From the NCBI GenBank assembly GCA_963708295.1, contig CAVPSJ010000005.1, positions 96,001 to 160,000 of the forward strand: a DNA stretch of 64,000 bases. Reading direction: 5' to 3'. The notes under the pieces are model-generated. The model saw only the letters and a program-made list of their open reading frames with translations. It was not told where the DNA came from and made no database searches. The number at the start of each line of letters is the position of its first letter. Within the stretch, counting starts at the first letter, position 1. Source of the stretch: an uncultured delta proteobacterium (lineage in GTDB: Bacteria; Desulfobacterota; BSN033; UBA1163). The position numbers and the translations under genes were made by a program. Positions 23,110 to 35,185 of this stretch are shown one piece after another.

Positions 23110-24498
23110 TTGATGATGGAAAAAGCGAAGATACTGATTGCCGAGGATGAAAAAACCCAGAGGGAGCTCCTGGAAGGATTCTTGAAAAAAGAAGGCTTCT
23201 TGGTTGAGGCCGTAGCCAACGGCAGGGAAGTTCTCAGGGAGCTCCAAGGAAATTTTTTCGATCTGGCCTTGATCGACTACAAGATGCCCGAACTCGACGG
23301 CATTCAAACCCTGCGGGAAATTCGAAAACTCTATCCAGACCTCCCTGTCGTGATGATGACGGCCTACGGAACCGTAGAAACAGCCGTGGCCTCGATGAAA
23401 GAAGGGGCCCTGGACTATCTGACCAAACCGATCGATCTGGATGAACTCCTTCTCATGCTTCAAAAGGTGATCGAAAGATCCACCCTCATCAGAGAGAATA
23501 TAGAATTAAAAGCCCAGCTTCAGGAGCGTTATCGATTTGCCCAGATCGTGTACGGAAGTCCGAAGATGGAAGAAGTCATGGGGCTGGTGGCTCGGGTGGC
23601 ACCCAGCCAAACCACTGTCCTCATCCGGGGGGAGAGCGGGACGGGGAAAGAATTAATCGCCAATGCCATCCATTATGCAAGCCCTCGATCCGAAAACCCC
23701 TGGGTGAAGGTCAGCTGCGCAGCGATTCCCGAAACCCTCCTGGAGAGCGAACTCTTCGGCCATGAGAGAGGAGCTTTCACAGGGGCGACCCACCGAAGAA
23801 TAGGCCGATTTGAAGAAGCCAACGGCGGATCCATCTTTCTCGACGAGATTGGAGACCTCTCCCCCAGCACTCAGGTGAAACTTTTGAGAATTCTGCAGGA
23901 CAGGGAATTCCAGCGTCTGGGATCCAACCAAAGCCTCAAGACCGACGTCAGGGTGATCACCGCCACCCATCGGAATTTGGAAGAGGCGATTCCAAAGGGA
24001 CTTTTTAGAGAGGACCTGTACTATCGGCTAAACGTCATCTCGATCACCCTTCCCTCTTTGCGGGAGAGGAGAGAAGACATTCCTCTTTTGACCGACCATT
24101 TCTTAAAAAAATATTCCGAGAAAAACCAGAAATCGATCTCCAATATTTCTAAAGAAGCAACGGCCCTCCTTCTCCGGTACGATTATCCCGGAAATGTCAG
24201 AGAACTGGAGAATCTCATCGAACGGGCGGTGGTGCTCTGCCGTGGCGAAATCATCACGACCCAGGATCTTCCTTTTCACCTCAAGGAGGAGAAATCCGAG
24301 AGGCTCTGGGAACCTTCCAAGAAAGAAAAGAGTCTCCCTGAGTCTTTGGAGGAAATTGAGAAAAGCTCCATCCTCAACGCCCTCCATCAACATCAGGGAG
24401 TTCAGACAAGGGCTGCCGAGAGCCTCGGCATCAGCGAGAGGGTGCTTCGATACAAAATGAAAAAGTATGGAATTCGTTTTGAAGAAACAAAAGAATAG
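23110..24498 (+). CDS. sigma54-dependent response regulator (ZraR/AtoC/NtrC family)
   Basis: Receiver domain, [14 protein letters not shown], Fis-type HTH. Confidence 0.93.
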   Translation: MMMEKAKILIAEDEKTQRELLEGFLKKEGFLVEAVANGREVLRELQGNFFDLALIDYKMPELDGIQTLREIRKLYPDLPVVMMTAYGTVETAVASMKEGALDYLTKPIDLDELLLMLQKVIERSTLIRENIELKAQLQERYRFAQIVYGSPKMEEVMGLVARVAPSQTTVLIRGESGTGKELIANAIHYASPRSENPWVKVSCAAIPETLLESELFGHERGAFTGATHRRIGRFEEANGGSIFLDEIGDLSPSTQVKLLRILQDREFQRLGSNQSLKTDVRVITATHRNLEEAIPKGLFREDLYYRLNVISITLPSLRERREDIPLLTDHFLKKYSEKNQKSISNISKEATALLLRYDYPGNVRELENLIERAVVLCRGEIITTQDLPFHLKEEKSERLWEPSKKEKSLPESLEEIEKSSILNALHQHQGVQTRAAESLGISERVLRYKMKKYGIRFEETKE

Positions 24499-24855
24499 GA
24501 TATGATAGGAAACGATGACTTCGATCTTTTTCCCAACGAGGCCGCATACCGGACAAAAAACATCGATGGAAGACCGAGGTCAAACAAAACAAGAGAGCGA
24601 GCAGGAGAAGTACTTCACCCACCCCCACCCTGTCCCTCCCCCTGAAAGGGAGGGAAATCATTATCCTCCTCCCCGTGAAGGGAAGGGAAATCATCAGCTC
24701 CTCACCCTTCAAGAGGGAAGGAAGAAGGGGAAGGATAAGCTATTTGTTACGTCCACGCCTCTGGATTCTTGGAATTGAGACGGGAAGATTTGGCCTTCGG
24801 ATTTCGTTGCTGTTTGAACTTTGAGGTTTGAAATTTGGGTTCCGAGGAGTTCCGT

Positions 24856-25539
24856 ATGACCTATTACCGCTACCGTTTTTCGTATGGTCAGGGTTTGACA
24901 CCTGCCATCAAGAATCTGATGATCGCGATGGGAGCAGTCTTTCTGGTCCAGCAACTGCTCCGCATGACCAGCATCGACCTGTACGTCTATTATTTCCTCA
25001 ACACCTTCGCACTCGACCCTGAAAAGGTTTGGAACGAATATTATATCTGGCAACTGTTCACCTATATTTTTCTGCATGGAGACTTCTTCCACATTCTTTT
25101 CAACCTTTTTTCACTCTGGATGTTCGGGGGGGAATTGGAAAGCTATTGGGGATCGAGAAGGTTTCTTTTCTACTTCTTCTTCTGCGGCATCGGCGCGGGA
25201 ATTTTCACCGTTTTACTTTCTCCTTATCCTGTCATCGGAGCCTCCGGGGCAATTTATGGCATCCTTCTCGCATTTGGCTGGCTCTTCCCCGATCGCCCCA
25301 TTTACATCTATTTCCTCTTCCCCCTCCCTGCGAAATATATGGTGATTATTTTCGGCCTCATTGAATTCTTTTCATCCGGTTCGGCAGCGGGCGGCGTCGC
25401 TCACCTGACCCATCTGGGAGGTCTCGTTTTCGGGTTCTTTTTTATGGCCTACCCGACGATCCGGCAAAAACTTCGCCGTGAATATTACAAGCGGAAGTGG
25501 CCCCCGAAGGGCCCCGGCGGCAAAAACTATTATCATTAA
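24856..25539 (+). CDS. Rhomboid family intramembrane serine protease
   Basis: HILFN, GASG, AHLTHLGG. Confidence 0.9.
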   Translation: MTYYRYRFSYGQGLTPAIKNLMIAMGAVFLVQQLLRMTSIDLYVYYFLNTFALDPEKVWNEYYIWQLFTYIFLHGDFFHILFNLFSLWMFGGELESYWGSRRFLFYFFFCGIGAGIFTVLLSPYPVIGASGAIYGILLAFGWLFPDRPIYIYFLFPLPAKYMVIIFGLIEFFSSGSAAGGVAHLTHLGGLVFGFFFMAYPTIRQKLRREYYKRKWPPKGPGGKNYYH

Positions 25540-25638
25540 AAGCAACCTCTTCGACTCCCCGGTCTGAAACCCGGGGTATGTTCTGGGTTGATGCTGAGCG
25601 TTCCTTTTTACCCCCTCTCCCCATCCCTCTCCCCAGTG

Positions 25639-25866
25639 GAGGCTGTGTCGCAATATGGAAATACGGCTTTTCGCAAAAGGGGAGAGGCGGTCGGGTGGAA
25701 AAGATTTAGAGCGGCAACCTTTAACCGTTTGGATTCAGGGTCGCCAACCATATGAAGACATTCGATTTTGAGCCAATGATCCTTTCCCATACCTAAAAGA
25801 CCCGCATTCTAAAACTTTGGAACCCGACTACCTCTCCCCTCGGACGTTCCATTGCGACACAGTCTC
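25639..25866. mobile_element. MITE-like element, copy 2, inserted into a REP-like hairpin
   Basis: TIR GAGGCTGTGTCGCAAT / ATTGCGACACAGTCTC (15/16 match); GTG duplicated at 25636-25638 and 25867-25869. Confidence 0.8.
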
Positions 25867-25891
25867 GTGGGGAGAGGGGAAGGGTGAGGGG

Positions 25892-26647
25892 ATGGTCTTC
25901 ATCGGGACGAGCGGTTACAATTATCCCCATTGGTGGAACGGGACCTTCTATCCTTCTGATCTTCCGCAGAAAAGGTGGCTTGAGTTTTACGCCGAATACT
26001 TCAACACGGTAGAGCTCAATGTTTCCTTTTATCGCCTTCCCAGGAAAGAAGTTTTTCAAGGCTGGTATAAACGAACGCCGAAAGAATTTGTCTTTTCTCT
26101 GAAAGGAAGCCGGTTCATCACCCACCTCAAGCGACTAAAGGATTGCAGGGAACCGGTTTCTCTTTTCTTCGACCATGCATCGCCCTTAAAAGAGAAATTG
26201 GGTACGGTCCTCTGGCAGCTTCCCCCACGGTTCAAGTTTCAGAAGGAGAGACTGGAGGAATTCTGTGTCCTTCTGACCACCCTCCCCCGTTCCAAACACC
26301 ATCGCCATGCCTTCGAGTTCAGGGATGAATCCTGGTTCTGCCCCGAGGCCTTTCGGGTGCTGGATGACTTTCATTTTGCCTTTTGCCTGGCCCATGGGTC
26401 AGGCCTCCCTTCCATAAAAAGAGCAACCTCTGATTTCATTTATGTCCGCCTCCACGGCGGGGAGGTGCTCTACGGCTCCAATTATTCGGACAGGGAATTG
26501 AAACAGTGGGCAGGAAAAATCCAGGCGTGGAGAAAAAAGGATAAGACCGCGTTTGTCTATTTCAACAATGATGCCTATGGTTTTGCCGTCAAGAACGCCC
26601 TGGCCCTGAAAAAGTGGATGTCCCGGGATCGAATCATCCCGTATTGA
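25892..26647 (+). CDS. DUF72 family protein
   Basis: IGTSG, VELNVSFY, LWQLPP, EFR, YVRLHG, YFNN. Confidence 0.9.
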   Translation: MVFIGTSGYNYPHWWNGTFYPSDLPQKRWLEFYAEYFNTVELNVSFYRLPRKEVFQGWYKRTPKEFVFSLKGSRFITHLKRLKDCREPVSLFFDHASPLKEKLGTVLWQLPPRFKFQKERLEEFCVLLTTLPRSKHHRHAFEFRDESWFCPEAFRVLDDFHFAFCLAHGSGLPSIKRATSDFIYVRLHGGEVLYGSNYSDRELKQWAGKIQAWRKKDKTAFVYFNNDAYGFAVKNALALKKWMSRDRIIPY

Positions 26648-26741
26648 AGCTCTCCGCCCTAAAAGGCGGACTTTCGGGGCACGTTCCGGCCACGCCTCCT
26701 CGGTTTTCCATGGCCGATTTGCAGCCCCTCTCCCCGGTCGC

Positions 26742-27473
26742 TCAGGCAGGATAGAGTTTCTCTGCTAATTGCCTTCCGGTGACGGTCCGAAACACCTTCC
26801 CGATCACTCCCCCGACTTTTTCCCGGTCTTTTGAAATCCCTTCTTCTTCCATATTGACCAGTCCATCCGCCTCATACAGAATCTGAAAGTTCAATGTCTC
26901 TTCTTCCCTTGGGCTGTGATGATGGCCGATGATATCGCAAATTTCGTCAATCATTTCTTTCTGGACATTCAGTCTTCCCAAAATCTCCCTGGCCACGGCA
27001 GGTCCCTCGAGTTCCTGGTAATGGCCTGAGGAGCTCCCGTGTTTTCTCTCCGCCTCATGGATCCCAATATCATGAAGATAGGCGGCCCCCATCACGACCA
27101 GAGGGTTTCCCCCCTCCATCTTTAAGATCTGTTCCGCAAACCGGGCAACTTTGATGGCGTGATGGACCCGTTTGAAATCCGTTCCGAAATATTTTTTCAT
27201 TTCGAGTGCAATTCTTTCTCTTAATGAATCCCTCTGTTCCGCTTTTTGTCTTTCCTTCGCCTCTTCGGGTACGGCACCCACACATTGTTCGGCATAAGGG
27301 CACCACTGGGCACAACCAAAATCCAATCGGGGATTGACGATTTCGTGCCCGCAGCGGCACTTACGCCTCACCTCGTCTCTGAAGAACTCCACCGTTCCCC
27401 CGCATTTGGGACATGGGGTATCAAAAATGTCCCCCGGTTTCCAAAACCTCATATCCTGCCCTGGACACTTCAT
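26742..27473 (-). CDS. HD-domain phosphohydrolase with a Cys-rich N-terminus
   Basis: CPGQD, CPKCG, CAQWC, LHDIG, HHH, EAD. Confidence 0.85.
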   Translation of the reverse strand: MKCPGQDMRFWKPGDIFDTPCPKCGGTVEFFRDEVRRKCRCGHEIVNPRLDFGCAQWCPYAEQCVGAVPEEAKERQKAEQRDSLRERIALEMKKYFGTDFKRVHHAIKVARFAEQILKMEGGNPLVVMGAAYLHDIGIHEAERKHGSSSGHYQELEGPAVAREILGRLNVQKEMIDEICDIIGHHHSPREEETLNFQILYEADGLVNMEEEGISKDREKVGGVIGKVFRTVTGRQLAEKLYPA

Positions 27474-27830
27474 GTTTTTTCTCCTCCTAACCCTATTATT
27501 CCACCCCATATTAGAGATTTCATTGACTTATGTCAAAACGCTAAGATTCTCCATGTCGGAAGAGGAAATCGTTTTTAAACTGAAAAGGATCACTTAACAT
27601 TATGATATTACTTATGAAAATAATGAGTTCCGGTTGCAAGGGTGGACTTTAAGACCCGAATTCTAAGAGTGATACCGAGATCCAGAAACAAGTTTGGGAT
27701 GGCAAAAGGAAGAGGATCGATCCATCATGAGTTTTTCTCTTGCAAATTGCCAAATCATATGTTAACTGAATTTAATTGGCCTATTTCTGTGTCCTAAAGG
27801 AGGAAAAATGCAAGAGAAGGGGAGGAATCG

Positions 27831-28628
27831 ATGTCTTCGGTAACGATGAAAGAGCTTCTGGAGGCCGGGGTTCATTTCGGCCACGAGACGAAACGGTGGG
27901 ATCCCAAAATGAAACCTTATATTTTTGGGGCGAGGAATGGAATTTATATCATTGACCTTCAGAAGACGGTCCAGCTCTTCAAGGAAGCTTATCAATTCGT
28001 CCGGGATATCGCGGCCAAAGGAGAATACATCCTTTTTGTCGGGACAAAAAAGCAGGCCCAGGAAACGATCTCCGACCAGGCCACGCGTTCCGGAATGTTT
28101 TATGTGAATCACCGCTGGCTGGGAGGGATGCTGACGAATTTCCAGACCATTAAACGATCCATTGACCGATTGAATAAGCTGGAAGCGATGAAGAATGAAG
28201 AAATTTACACCCTCCTCCCGAAAAAAGAGGTCCTGGAACTGGAAAAAGAGAGAAGTAAGCTGGAAAGATCCCTGGGAGGCATCAAGAATATGGATCGCCT
28301 CCCCGGAACCATCTTCATCGTCGATCCCAAGAAAGAAAAGATTGCCGTGAGGGAAGCCCGGAAAATTGGCATCCCCTCCATCGGCATCGTCGATACCAAT
28401 TGTAATCCCGAAGAACTGGATTACATCATCCCCGGAAATGACGATGCCATCCGCGCCATCCAACTTTTTGCGACGAAAATTGCGGATGCGGCCATTGAGG
28501 GAAAACAGCTTTACGAAAAAGAACTCCAGAGGGAGAGCGCCAAAGAAGAAAAAGAGAGAGCAGAAAAAATCGAGCCTCCCAAAGAAATACAGCTGGAAGA
28601 AGCGGCCGTAGAAACAGAGGAGGGATAG
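27831..28628 (+). CDS. rpsB: 30S ribosomal protein S2
   Basis: [25 protein letters not shown]. Confidence 0.98.
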   Translation: MSSVTMKELLEAGVHFGHETKRWDPKMKPYIFGARNGIYIIDLQKTVQLFKEAYQFVRDIAAKGEYILFVGTKKQAQETISDQATRSGMFYVNHRWLGGMLTNFQTIKRSIDRLNKLEAMKNEEIYTLLPKKEVLELEKERSKLERSLGGIKNMDRLPGTIFIVDPKKEKIAVREARKIGIPSIGIVDTNCNPEELDYIIPGNDDAIRAIQLFATKIADAAIEGKQLYEKELQRESAKEEKERAEKIEPPKEIQLEEAAVETEEG

Positions 28629-28634
28629 AATCGG

Positions 28635-30112
<1,478 letters not shown>

Positions 30113-30115
30113 ACC

Positions 30116-30676
30116 ATGGATGAGAAGACCTATACCGAAGCCGTCTCCAGGATGGAAAAAACCCTTTCTTCCCTCAAGACCGATTTAAATAAGATCCGGA
30201 CGGGAAGAGCTTCCCTGGCCCTCTTCGACGATATCCGCCTGGATTACTACGGGACACCGACCCCGCTGAACCAGATGGCAACCTTGTCCGTCCCTGAACC
30301 CAGGCTGATCACCATCCAACCCTGGGATACCACCGTCATCGGTGGAATTGAAAAGGCCATTCTCAAGTCGGAGCTCGGGGTCACGCCGGTGAGCGACGGG
30401 AAAATCATCCGCATCAACATCCCGCGACTGACGGAAGAACGACGGAAGGAACTGGTCAAGGTGGTCAGAAAGATGGCCGAGGGAGCAAAAGTGGCGGTCC
30501 GAAACATCCGGAGAGAGGCAAATGACCAGTTGAAGGGGTTGGAGAAGAATAAGAAGATTTCTCAGGACGAGCTTCACCAATCGATGGATAGGGTGCAAAA
30601 ATCGACGGATCAGTTCATCGAAAAAGTCGACAGTGTTCTTGCCGCGAAGGAAAAAGAAATCTTGGAAATTTCTTGA
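30116..30676 (+). CDS. frr: Ribosome recycling factor
   Basis: [23 protein letters not shown]. Confidence 0.97.
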   Translation: MDEKTYTEAVSRMEKTLSSLKTDLNKIRTGRASLALFDDIRLDYYGTPTPLNQMATLSVPEPRLITIQPWDTTVIGGIEKAILKSELGVTPVSDGKIIRINIPRLTEERRKELVKVVRKMAEGAKVAVRNIRREANDQLKGLEKNKKISQDELHQSMDRVQKSTDQFIEKVDSVLAAKEKEILEIS

Positions 30677-30684
30677 TACGCTAA

Positions 30685-30839
30685 ACCCCGTTAGAAAGTC
30701 TTCTACTTTTTAACGGGAAGGCTCACACGGGGCGTCAAACCCTGTGTCCGCCCCGCTTAGAGATAAATCTCTAATGGGGTTCGCTGAAAAAGGAGTGGTT
30801 TTGACCCCCGCTGCAAGCAGCGGGGCTTTCTAACAGGGT
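30685..30839. mobile_element. Palindromic insertion (ACCCCGTTAGAAA family), copy 2
   Basis: ACCCCGTTAGAAAG ... CTTTCTAACAGGGT ends matching 830-905; internal hairpins (CCCCGCTGCAAGCAGCGGGG). Confidence 0.7.
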
Positions 30840-30855
30840 AAAGGGGGTGATGCCA

Positions 30856-31023
30856 GTGGCTTATGTCATTACGGAAGAATGTGTGGCTTGCGGGACCTGT
30901 GCAGAGGAATGTCCTGCGGAAGCCATTGAAGAAGGGGAGCCTTATGTGATCAACGACGAGAAATGTACCGAATGCGGAAGTTGCTTTGAGGCATGCCCTG
31001 TCGAAGCGATCGTTGAAAAATGA
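30856..31023 (+). CDS. 2[4Fe-4S] ferredoxin, 55 aa (not in the ORF track)
   Basis: [55 protein letters not shown], with two CxxCxxCxxxCP motifs. Confidence 0.93.
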   Translation: MAYVITEECVACGTCAEECPAEAIEEGEPYVINDEKCTECGSCFEACPVEAIVEK

Positions 31024-31212
31024 CACCGAAGGGGGAGAGGGCTCTCTCGGGGCCTCTTCCCTTCCTTCCTGAAATCTTCTCTTTCGACCCATCGTTCTCC
31101 CCGAATCTTGGATTGAAAATGAATATCTAATATGCTAACTTTAAAAAAGTTATTGACCCAGGAATACTTCTTCAAGAAAATTCTTGTTTCGGCCCGGAAG
31201 GGCTTGTAAACC

Positions 31213-31956
31213 ATGGAAGAGATCGATCGAGAAAACCTGCCCCATCATATCGCGATCATCATGGACGGGAATGGTCGCTGGGCCAAGAAAAAGCTTCTCA
31301 ACCGGATCAGCGGCCACATCAAAGGAGTCAATCCCGTCCGGGAGGTCGTCACGGCTTGCCGGGAACTGGGGATCAAGGTGCTCACCCTCTATGCCTTCTC
31401 CATCGAGAATTGGAAAAGGCCCGCAGAGGAAGTGCACGCCCTGATGGAATTGCTGAAGGAATATCTTCAGAAAGAATGCACGGAAATGGTCCAGAACAAT
31501 ATCCGGCTCAACGCCATCGGTCGCATCGAGGATCTCCCTCCGGATGTCCAGAGGGTCCTGCACGAGACGAAGAGAAAGACCCAACATTGTGACGGGATGA
31601 TTCTCAATTTAGCTTTGAGTTACGGCGGCCGTTCCGAGATTCTCCACGCGGTCCAGGGAGTGGTCTCGGATCTCCAGCAGGGGAAGGTCAAACCGGAGGA
31701 GATCACGATTCAACGTTTCTCTCAATATCTCTGGACCCGCGGGATACCCGACCCGGACCTTCTCATCCGGACCAGCGGCGAATTTCGTATTTCGAACTTC
31801 CTCCTTTGGCAAATTGCCTACACTGAATTGTACGTCACCGACACCCTATGGCCGGATTTTGACCGAGAAGAGCTCTTAAAGGCCATCAGGGATTATCAAT
31901 CCAGAGAAAGAAGATTCGGTCTGACCAGCGAACAATTGAACGGAAAAGAAGAATAA
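31213..31956 (+). CDS. uppS: Undecaprenyl diphosphate synthase
   Basis: IMDGNGRWA, FSIENWKRP, RTSGEFRISNF. Confidence 0.97.
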   Translation: MEEIDRENLPHHIAIIMDGNGRWAKKKLLNRISGHIKGVNPVREVVTACRELGIKVLTLYAFSIENWKRPAEEVHALMELLKEYLQKECTEMVQNNIRLNAIGRIEDLPPDVQRVLHETKRKTQHCDGMILNLALSYGGRSEILHAVQGVVSDLQQGKVKPEEITIQRFSQYLWTRGIPDPDLLIRTSGEFRISNFLLWQIAYTELYVTDTLWPDFDREELLKAIRDYQSRERRFGLTSEQLNGKEE

Positions 31957-32118
31957 TTGAATTGCAGATCGCAGATTTCAAATCGCAAATTGGAAGAGGC
32001 ATTGAGAATCGGAGACTGCAAACTTAGAGTGATTTGAGCCTCTTTTTCAGTCTGAAATCTGAGATATCTTTTTCAATCTGAAATCTTAAATCTGAAATTT
32101 GAAATTTGACGAGGGGGT

Positions 32119-32937
32119 ATGGGCAAAATAGAAAAGAGGAAGGTATGGGTGGGATTAGGCATGATTCCTCCGATCATCTTTCTGATCGCCGTGGGACCTC
32201 CCGCAGTGCTCCACCTCATGGTGCTTCTGGCCACTTTCCTCGGACTCCGAGAGTATTACCACCTTGCTCTTCCTCACTCCAAATGGTTTGAACGGGCGGT
32301 GGGAATAGGACTGGGATTGATTCTTTCCCTCCTCCTCTCCTCCGGAGGCATAAAAGAAATCTCTCCATTCTTGGTCATCATCCTTCTTGTCCTTGCCGTC
32401 TTTTTCATGGCTAACGCGCAGGACCTTTCATCGACCATCTCAAAAATGGGGATCGCTCTCTTCGGAATTCTCTTCATCGGGTTTCTTCTTGCCTATGTCT
32501 CGCTCGTTCGAAACATGCCCCATGGAAGGGTATGGGTTCTCTTTCTCATCATTACGGTCTGGGCGGGGGACATCTTTGCCCTGTTCAGCGGCTCCTTCCT
32601 CGGGAGGCACAAGCTCTATCCGAGGATCAGCCCGAACAAAACTTTTGAAGGCCTGGCAGGAGCGATGGTCGGATCGATCATCGTGGCGCTCGTTTTCTCC
32701 TGGTTCTTCATCCCAAATTTGGGAACGGGACCTTGCGCTCTTTTCGCCATCGGCCTGGCGATTTTTGGTCAACTGGGAGATTTTACGGAGTCGATGCTGA
32801 AACGGAGCGCCCAGGTCAAGGATTCAGGGACCCTGTTTCCAGGCCACGGAGGCATGCTGGATCGGCTGGACAGTTTCCTCTTTTCTGCCCCTTTCCTTCA
32901 CTACAGTCTCCTCTATCTTCTGAAGGAGACCCCATGA
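32119..32937 (+). CDS. cdsA: Phosphatidate cytidylyltransferase
   Basis: SPNKTFEG, KDSG...PGHGGMLDRLD. Confidence 0.95.
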   Translation: MGKIEKRKVWVGLGMIPPIIFLIAVGPPAVLHLMVLLATFLGLREYYHLALPHSKWFERAVGIGLGLILSLLLSSGGIKEISPFLVIILLVLAVFFMANAQDLSSTISKMGIALFGILFIGFLLAYVSLVRNMPHGRVWVLFLIITVWAGDIFALFSGSFLGRHKLYPRISPNKTFEGLAGAMVGSIIVALVFSWFFIPNLGTGPCALFAIGLAIFGQLGDFTESMLKRSAQVKDSGTLFPGHGGMLDRLDSFLFSAPFLHYSLLYLLKETP

Positions 32938-34097
32938 AGCGTTTGTCCATCCTGGGCTCAACTGGCTCTATCGGTGTCAACACGCTCCATATCGTCAGTC
33001 AATTCCCCGAACGATTTGAGGTGATCAGCTTATCCGCCGGCCGCAATTCCAAGCTTCTGAAACAGCAAATCCTTCAGTTTCGACCGAAGATCGTCTCAGT
33101 TCTCAATAAAGAATTATCAGAGACCCTCCGAAGTGAACTCTCTCACGTCCCGGTTGAAATCGTCCATGGGGTAGAGGGACTGATTCAGGTCGCCACCCAT
33201 CCGGAGGTAGATCAGGTCGTTTCGGCCATTGTCGGCGCCGTCGGCCTCATCCCTACCCTCGCCGCGATCAAGACTGGAAAACCCATTGCTCTGGCCAACA
33301 AAGAGACCCTGGTCATGGCAGGGAAAATTGTCATGGAAGAGGCGAAACAGAATCGTGTTCAAATTCTTCCCGTGGACAGCGAACACAGTGCTATCTTCCA
33401 GGCGTTGCTTGGCCACCGGAAAGAGGATATCCACCGGCTCATCCTGACGGCCTCGGGGGGGCCTTTCCTCAACCTCCCTCCCTCCCGGCTTCAGGAAGTC
33501 ACGGTAAAAGAGGCGCTCCATCATCCCCGGTGGGAAATGGGGAAAAAGATCACCATTGACTCGGCCTCGCTGATGAACAAGGGGTTGGAGGTCATCGAGG
33601 CTCATTGGCTTTTTGACATCCCGATTGAAAGGATCGGTATTCTCATCCACCCCCAGAGCGTCGTTCACTCCATGGTCGAATATGTCGATGGTTCCATGGT
33701 CGCCCAAATGGGGATACCCGACATGAGAATTCCGATCTCTTACGCCCTTTCCTTTCCCGAACGACTTCCTCTGGACTTACCCCGTCTCGATCTCTCAAGA
33801 AACGGAGCTCTCAACTTCTCCGAACCTGACCTGGAAAGATTCCCCTGCCTCAAATTGGCCTACCAGGCCCTCCGGACCGGTGAAACCATGCCCGCTGTCC
33901 TGAATGCAGCCAACGAGATAGCGGTGAATGCATTCCTGGAGGGATCGCTCAAATTTACGGAAATCCCTCTGTGTCTTCAGAGGGTGATGGGGGAACACGA
34001 GGTGAAAACGGTTCACACCGTCGAAGATATACTGAAAGCAGACCACTGGGCCAGAGAGAGGTCGAAGGCCATTTTAGAAAGGGGTAGAGCGTGTTAA
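32934..34097 (+). CDS. dxr: 1-deoxy-D-xylulose-5-phosphate reductoisomerase
   Basis: LGSTGSIG, LANKE, PVDSEH, NKGLE. Confidence 0.97.
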   Translation: MKRLSILGSTGSIGVNTLHIVSQFPERFEVISLSAGRNSKLLKQQILQFRPKIVSVLNKELSETLRSELSHVPVEIVHGVEGLIQVATHPEVDQVVSAIVGAVGLIPTLAAIKTGKPIALANKETLVMAGKIVMEEAKQNRVQILPVDSEHSAIFQALLGHRKEDIHRLILTASGGPFLNLPPSRLQEVTVKEALHHPRWEMGKKITIDSASLMNKGLEVIEAHWLFDIPIERIGILIHPQSVVHSMVEYVDGSMVAQMGIPDMRIPISYALSFPERLPLDLPRLDLSRNGALNFSEPDLERFPCLKLAYQALRTGETMPAVLNAANEIAVNAFLEGSLKFTEIPLCLQRVMGEHEVKTVHTVEDILKADHWARERSKAILERGRAC

Positions 34098-35185
34098 TAA
34101 CCATCGTTTCAACCGTGATCGTGTTAGGAATTCTGATATTTGTCCACGAATTGGGCCACTTTCTCTTAGCCAAGAAAATGGGCGTAAAAGTGTTAAAGTT
34201 CTCGTTGGGCTTTGGACCCAAACTGATTGGGAAAAAGGTAGGTGAAACAGAATATCAAATTGCAGTTTTCCCGTTGGGCGGATTTGTCAAACCCTTGGGA
34301 GAGGATCCCAATGAGGACGTGAAGGCGGAAGAGTATCCCCGCTCTTTTTGGGCGCAGCGGGTCTGGAAACGTGCCCTCATCATCGCGGCAGGTCCCTTCT
34401 TTAATTTTTTTCTTGCCACCGTCCTCTTCTCCAGTGTCAACCTCATTGCGGGCATTCCCTCCCTTCCTTCAGTCCCACCTCGGGTCGAAGAAGTGAGCCC
34501 CGGCTACCCGGCGGAAGAAGCCGGTCTCAAAAAAGGGGACCTCATTCTTTCCATCGATGGGAAAGAGATCTCATCCTGGGAGGAATTACAGCAGATCGTC
34601 ACCAATAGTCATGGGAAAGAGCTCTCCTTGAAGGTGAAGCGTAACGAAGAGACCGTTCCGATCAACGTCATCCCCAAACCCTTTACAGAAAAAAACCTTT
34701 TCGGAGAAGAAACCCGGACCTTCAAAATAGGGGTAACCCATGCTCCTGTCAACGTCGTCTACAAAAGAGTAGGCCCCTTGGTCGCTTTGGGAAACGGGTT
34801 TGCTCAAACCTGGGAGGTCATCGAATTAACGGTCACCGGAATTATAAAGCTGATCCAGAGGGTCATTCCGGCGAAGGAAATCGGCAGCCCTATTATGATC
34901 GCCAAATTGGCCGGAGAGCAGGCCCGGAGGGGGCTCTTGAGCCTGGCCGTCTTTACGGCCATCATCAGCATCAACCTCGGAGTGATCAACCTTTTTCCCA
35001 TTCCCATCCTCGACGGAGGCCATCTCTTCTTTCTCGTATTAGAAGCCATTTTACGAAAGCCTGTGAGTCTACGGAAGATGGAGATCGCCCAGCAGATCGG
35101 CCTCATCTTCATCATCCTCTTGATGCTCTTTGCCATCCGGAATGATCTGGTTCGTTATTTCTTCCCGGGAGGGTTTAAATTCTGA
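34091..35185 (+). CDS. rseP: RIP metalloprotease RseP
   Basis: HELGH, PDZ domain, NLFPIPILDGG. Confidence 0.95.
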   Translation: MLITIVSTVIVLGILIFVHELGHFLLAKKMGVKVLKFSLGFGPKLIGKKVGETEYQIAVFPLGGFVKPLGEDPNEDVKAEEYPRSFWAQRVWKRALIIAAGPFFNFFLATVLFSSVNLIAGIPSLPSVPPRVEEVSPGYPAEEAGLKKGDLILSIDGKEISSWEELQQIVTNSHGKELSLKVKRNEETVPINVIPKPFTEKNLFGEETRTFKIGVTHAPVNVVYKRVGPLVALGNGFAQTWEVIELTVTGIIKLIQRVIPAKEIGSPIMIAKLAGEQARRGLLSLAVFTAIISINLGVINLFPIPILDGGHLFFLVLEAILRKPVSLRKMEIAQQIGLIFIILLMLFAIRNDLVRYFFPGGFKF

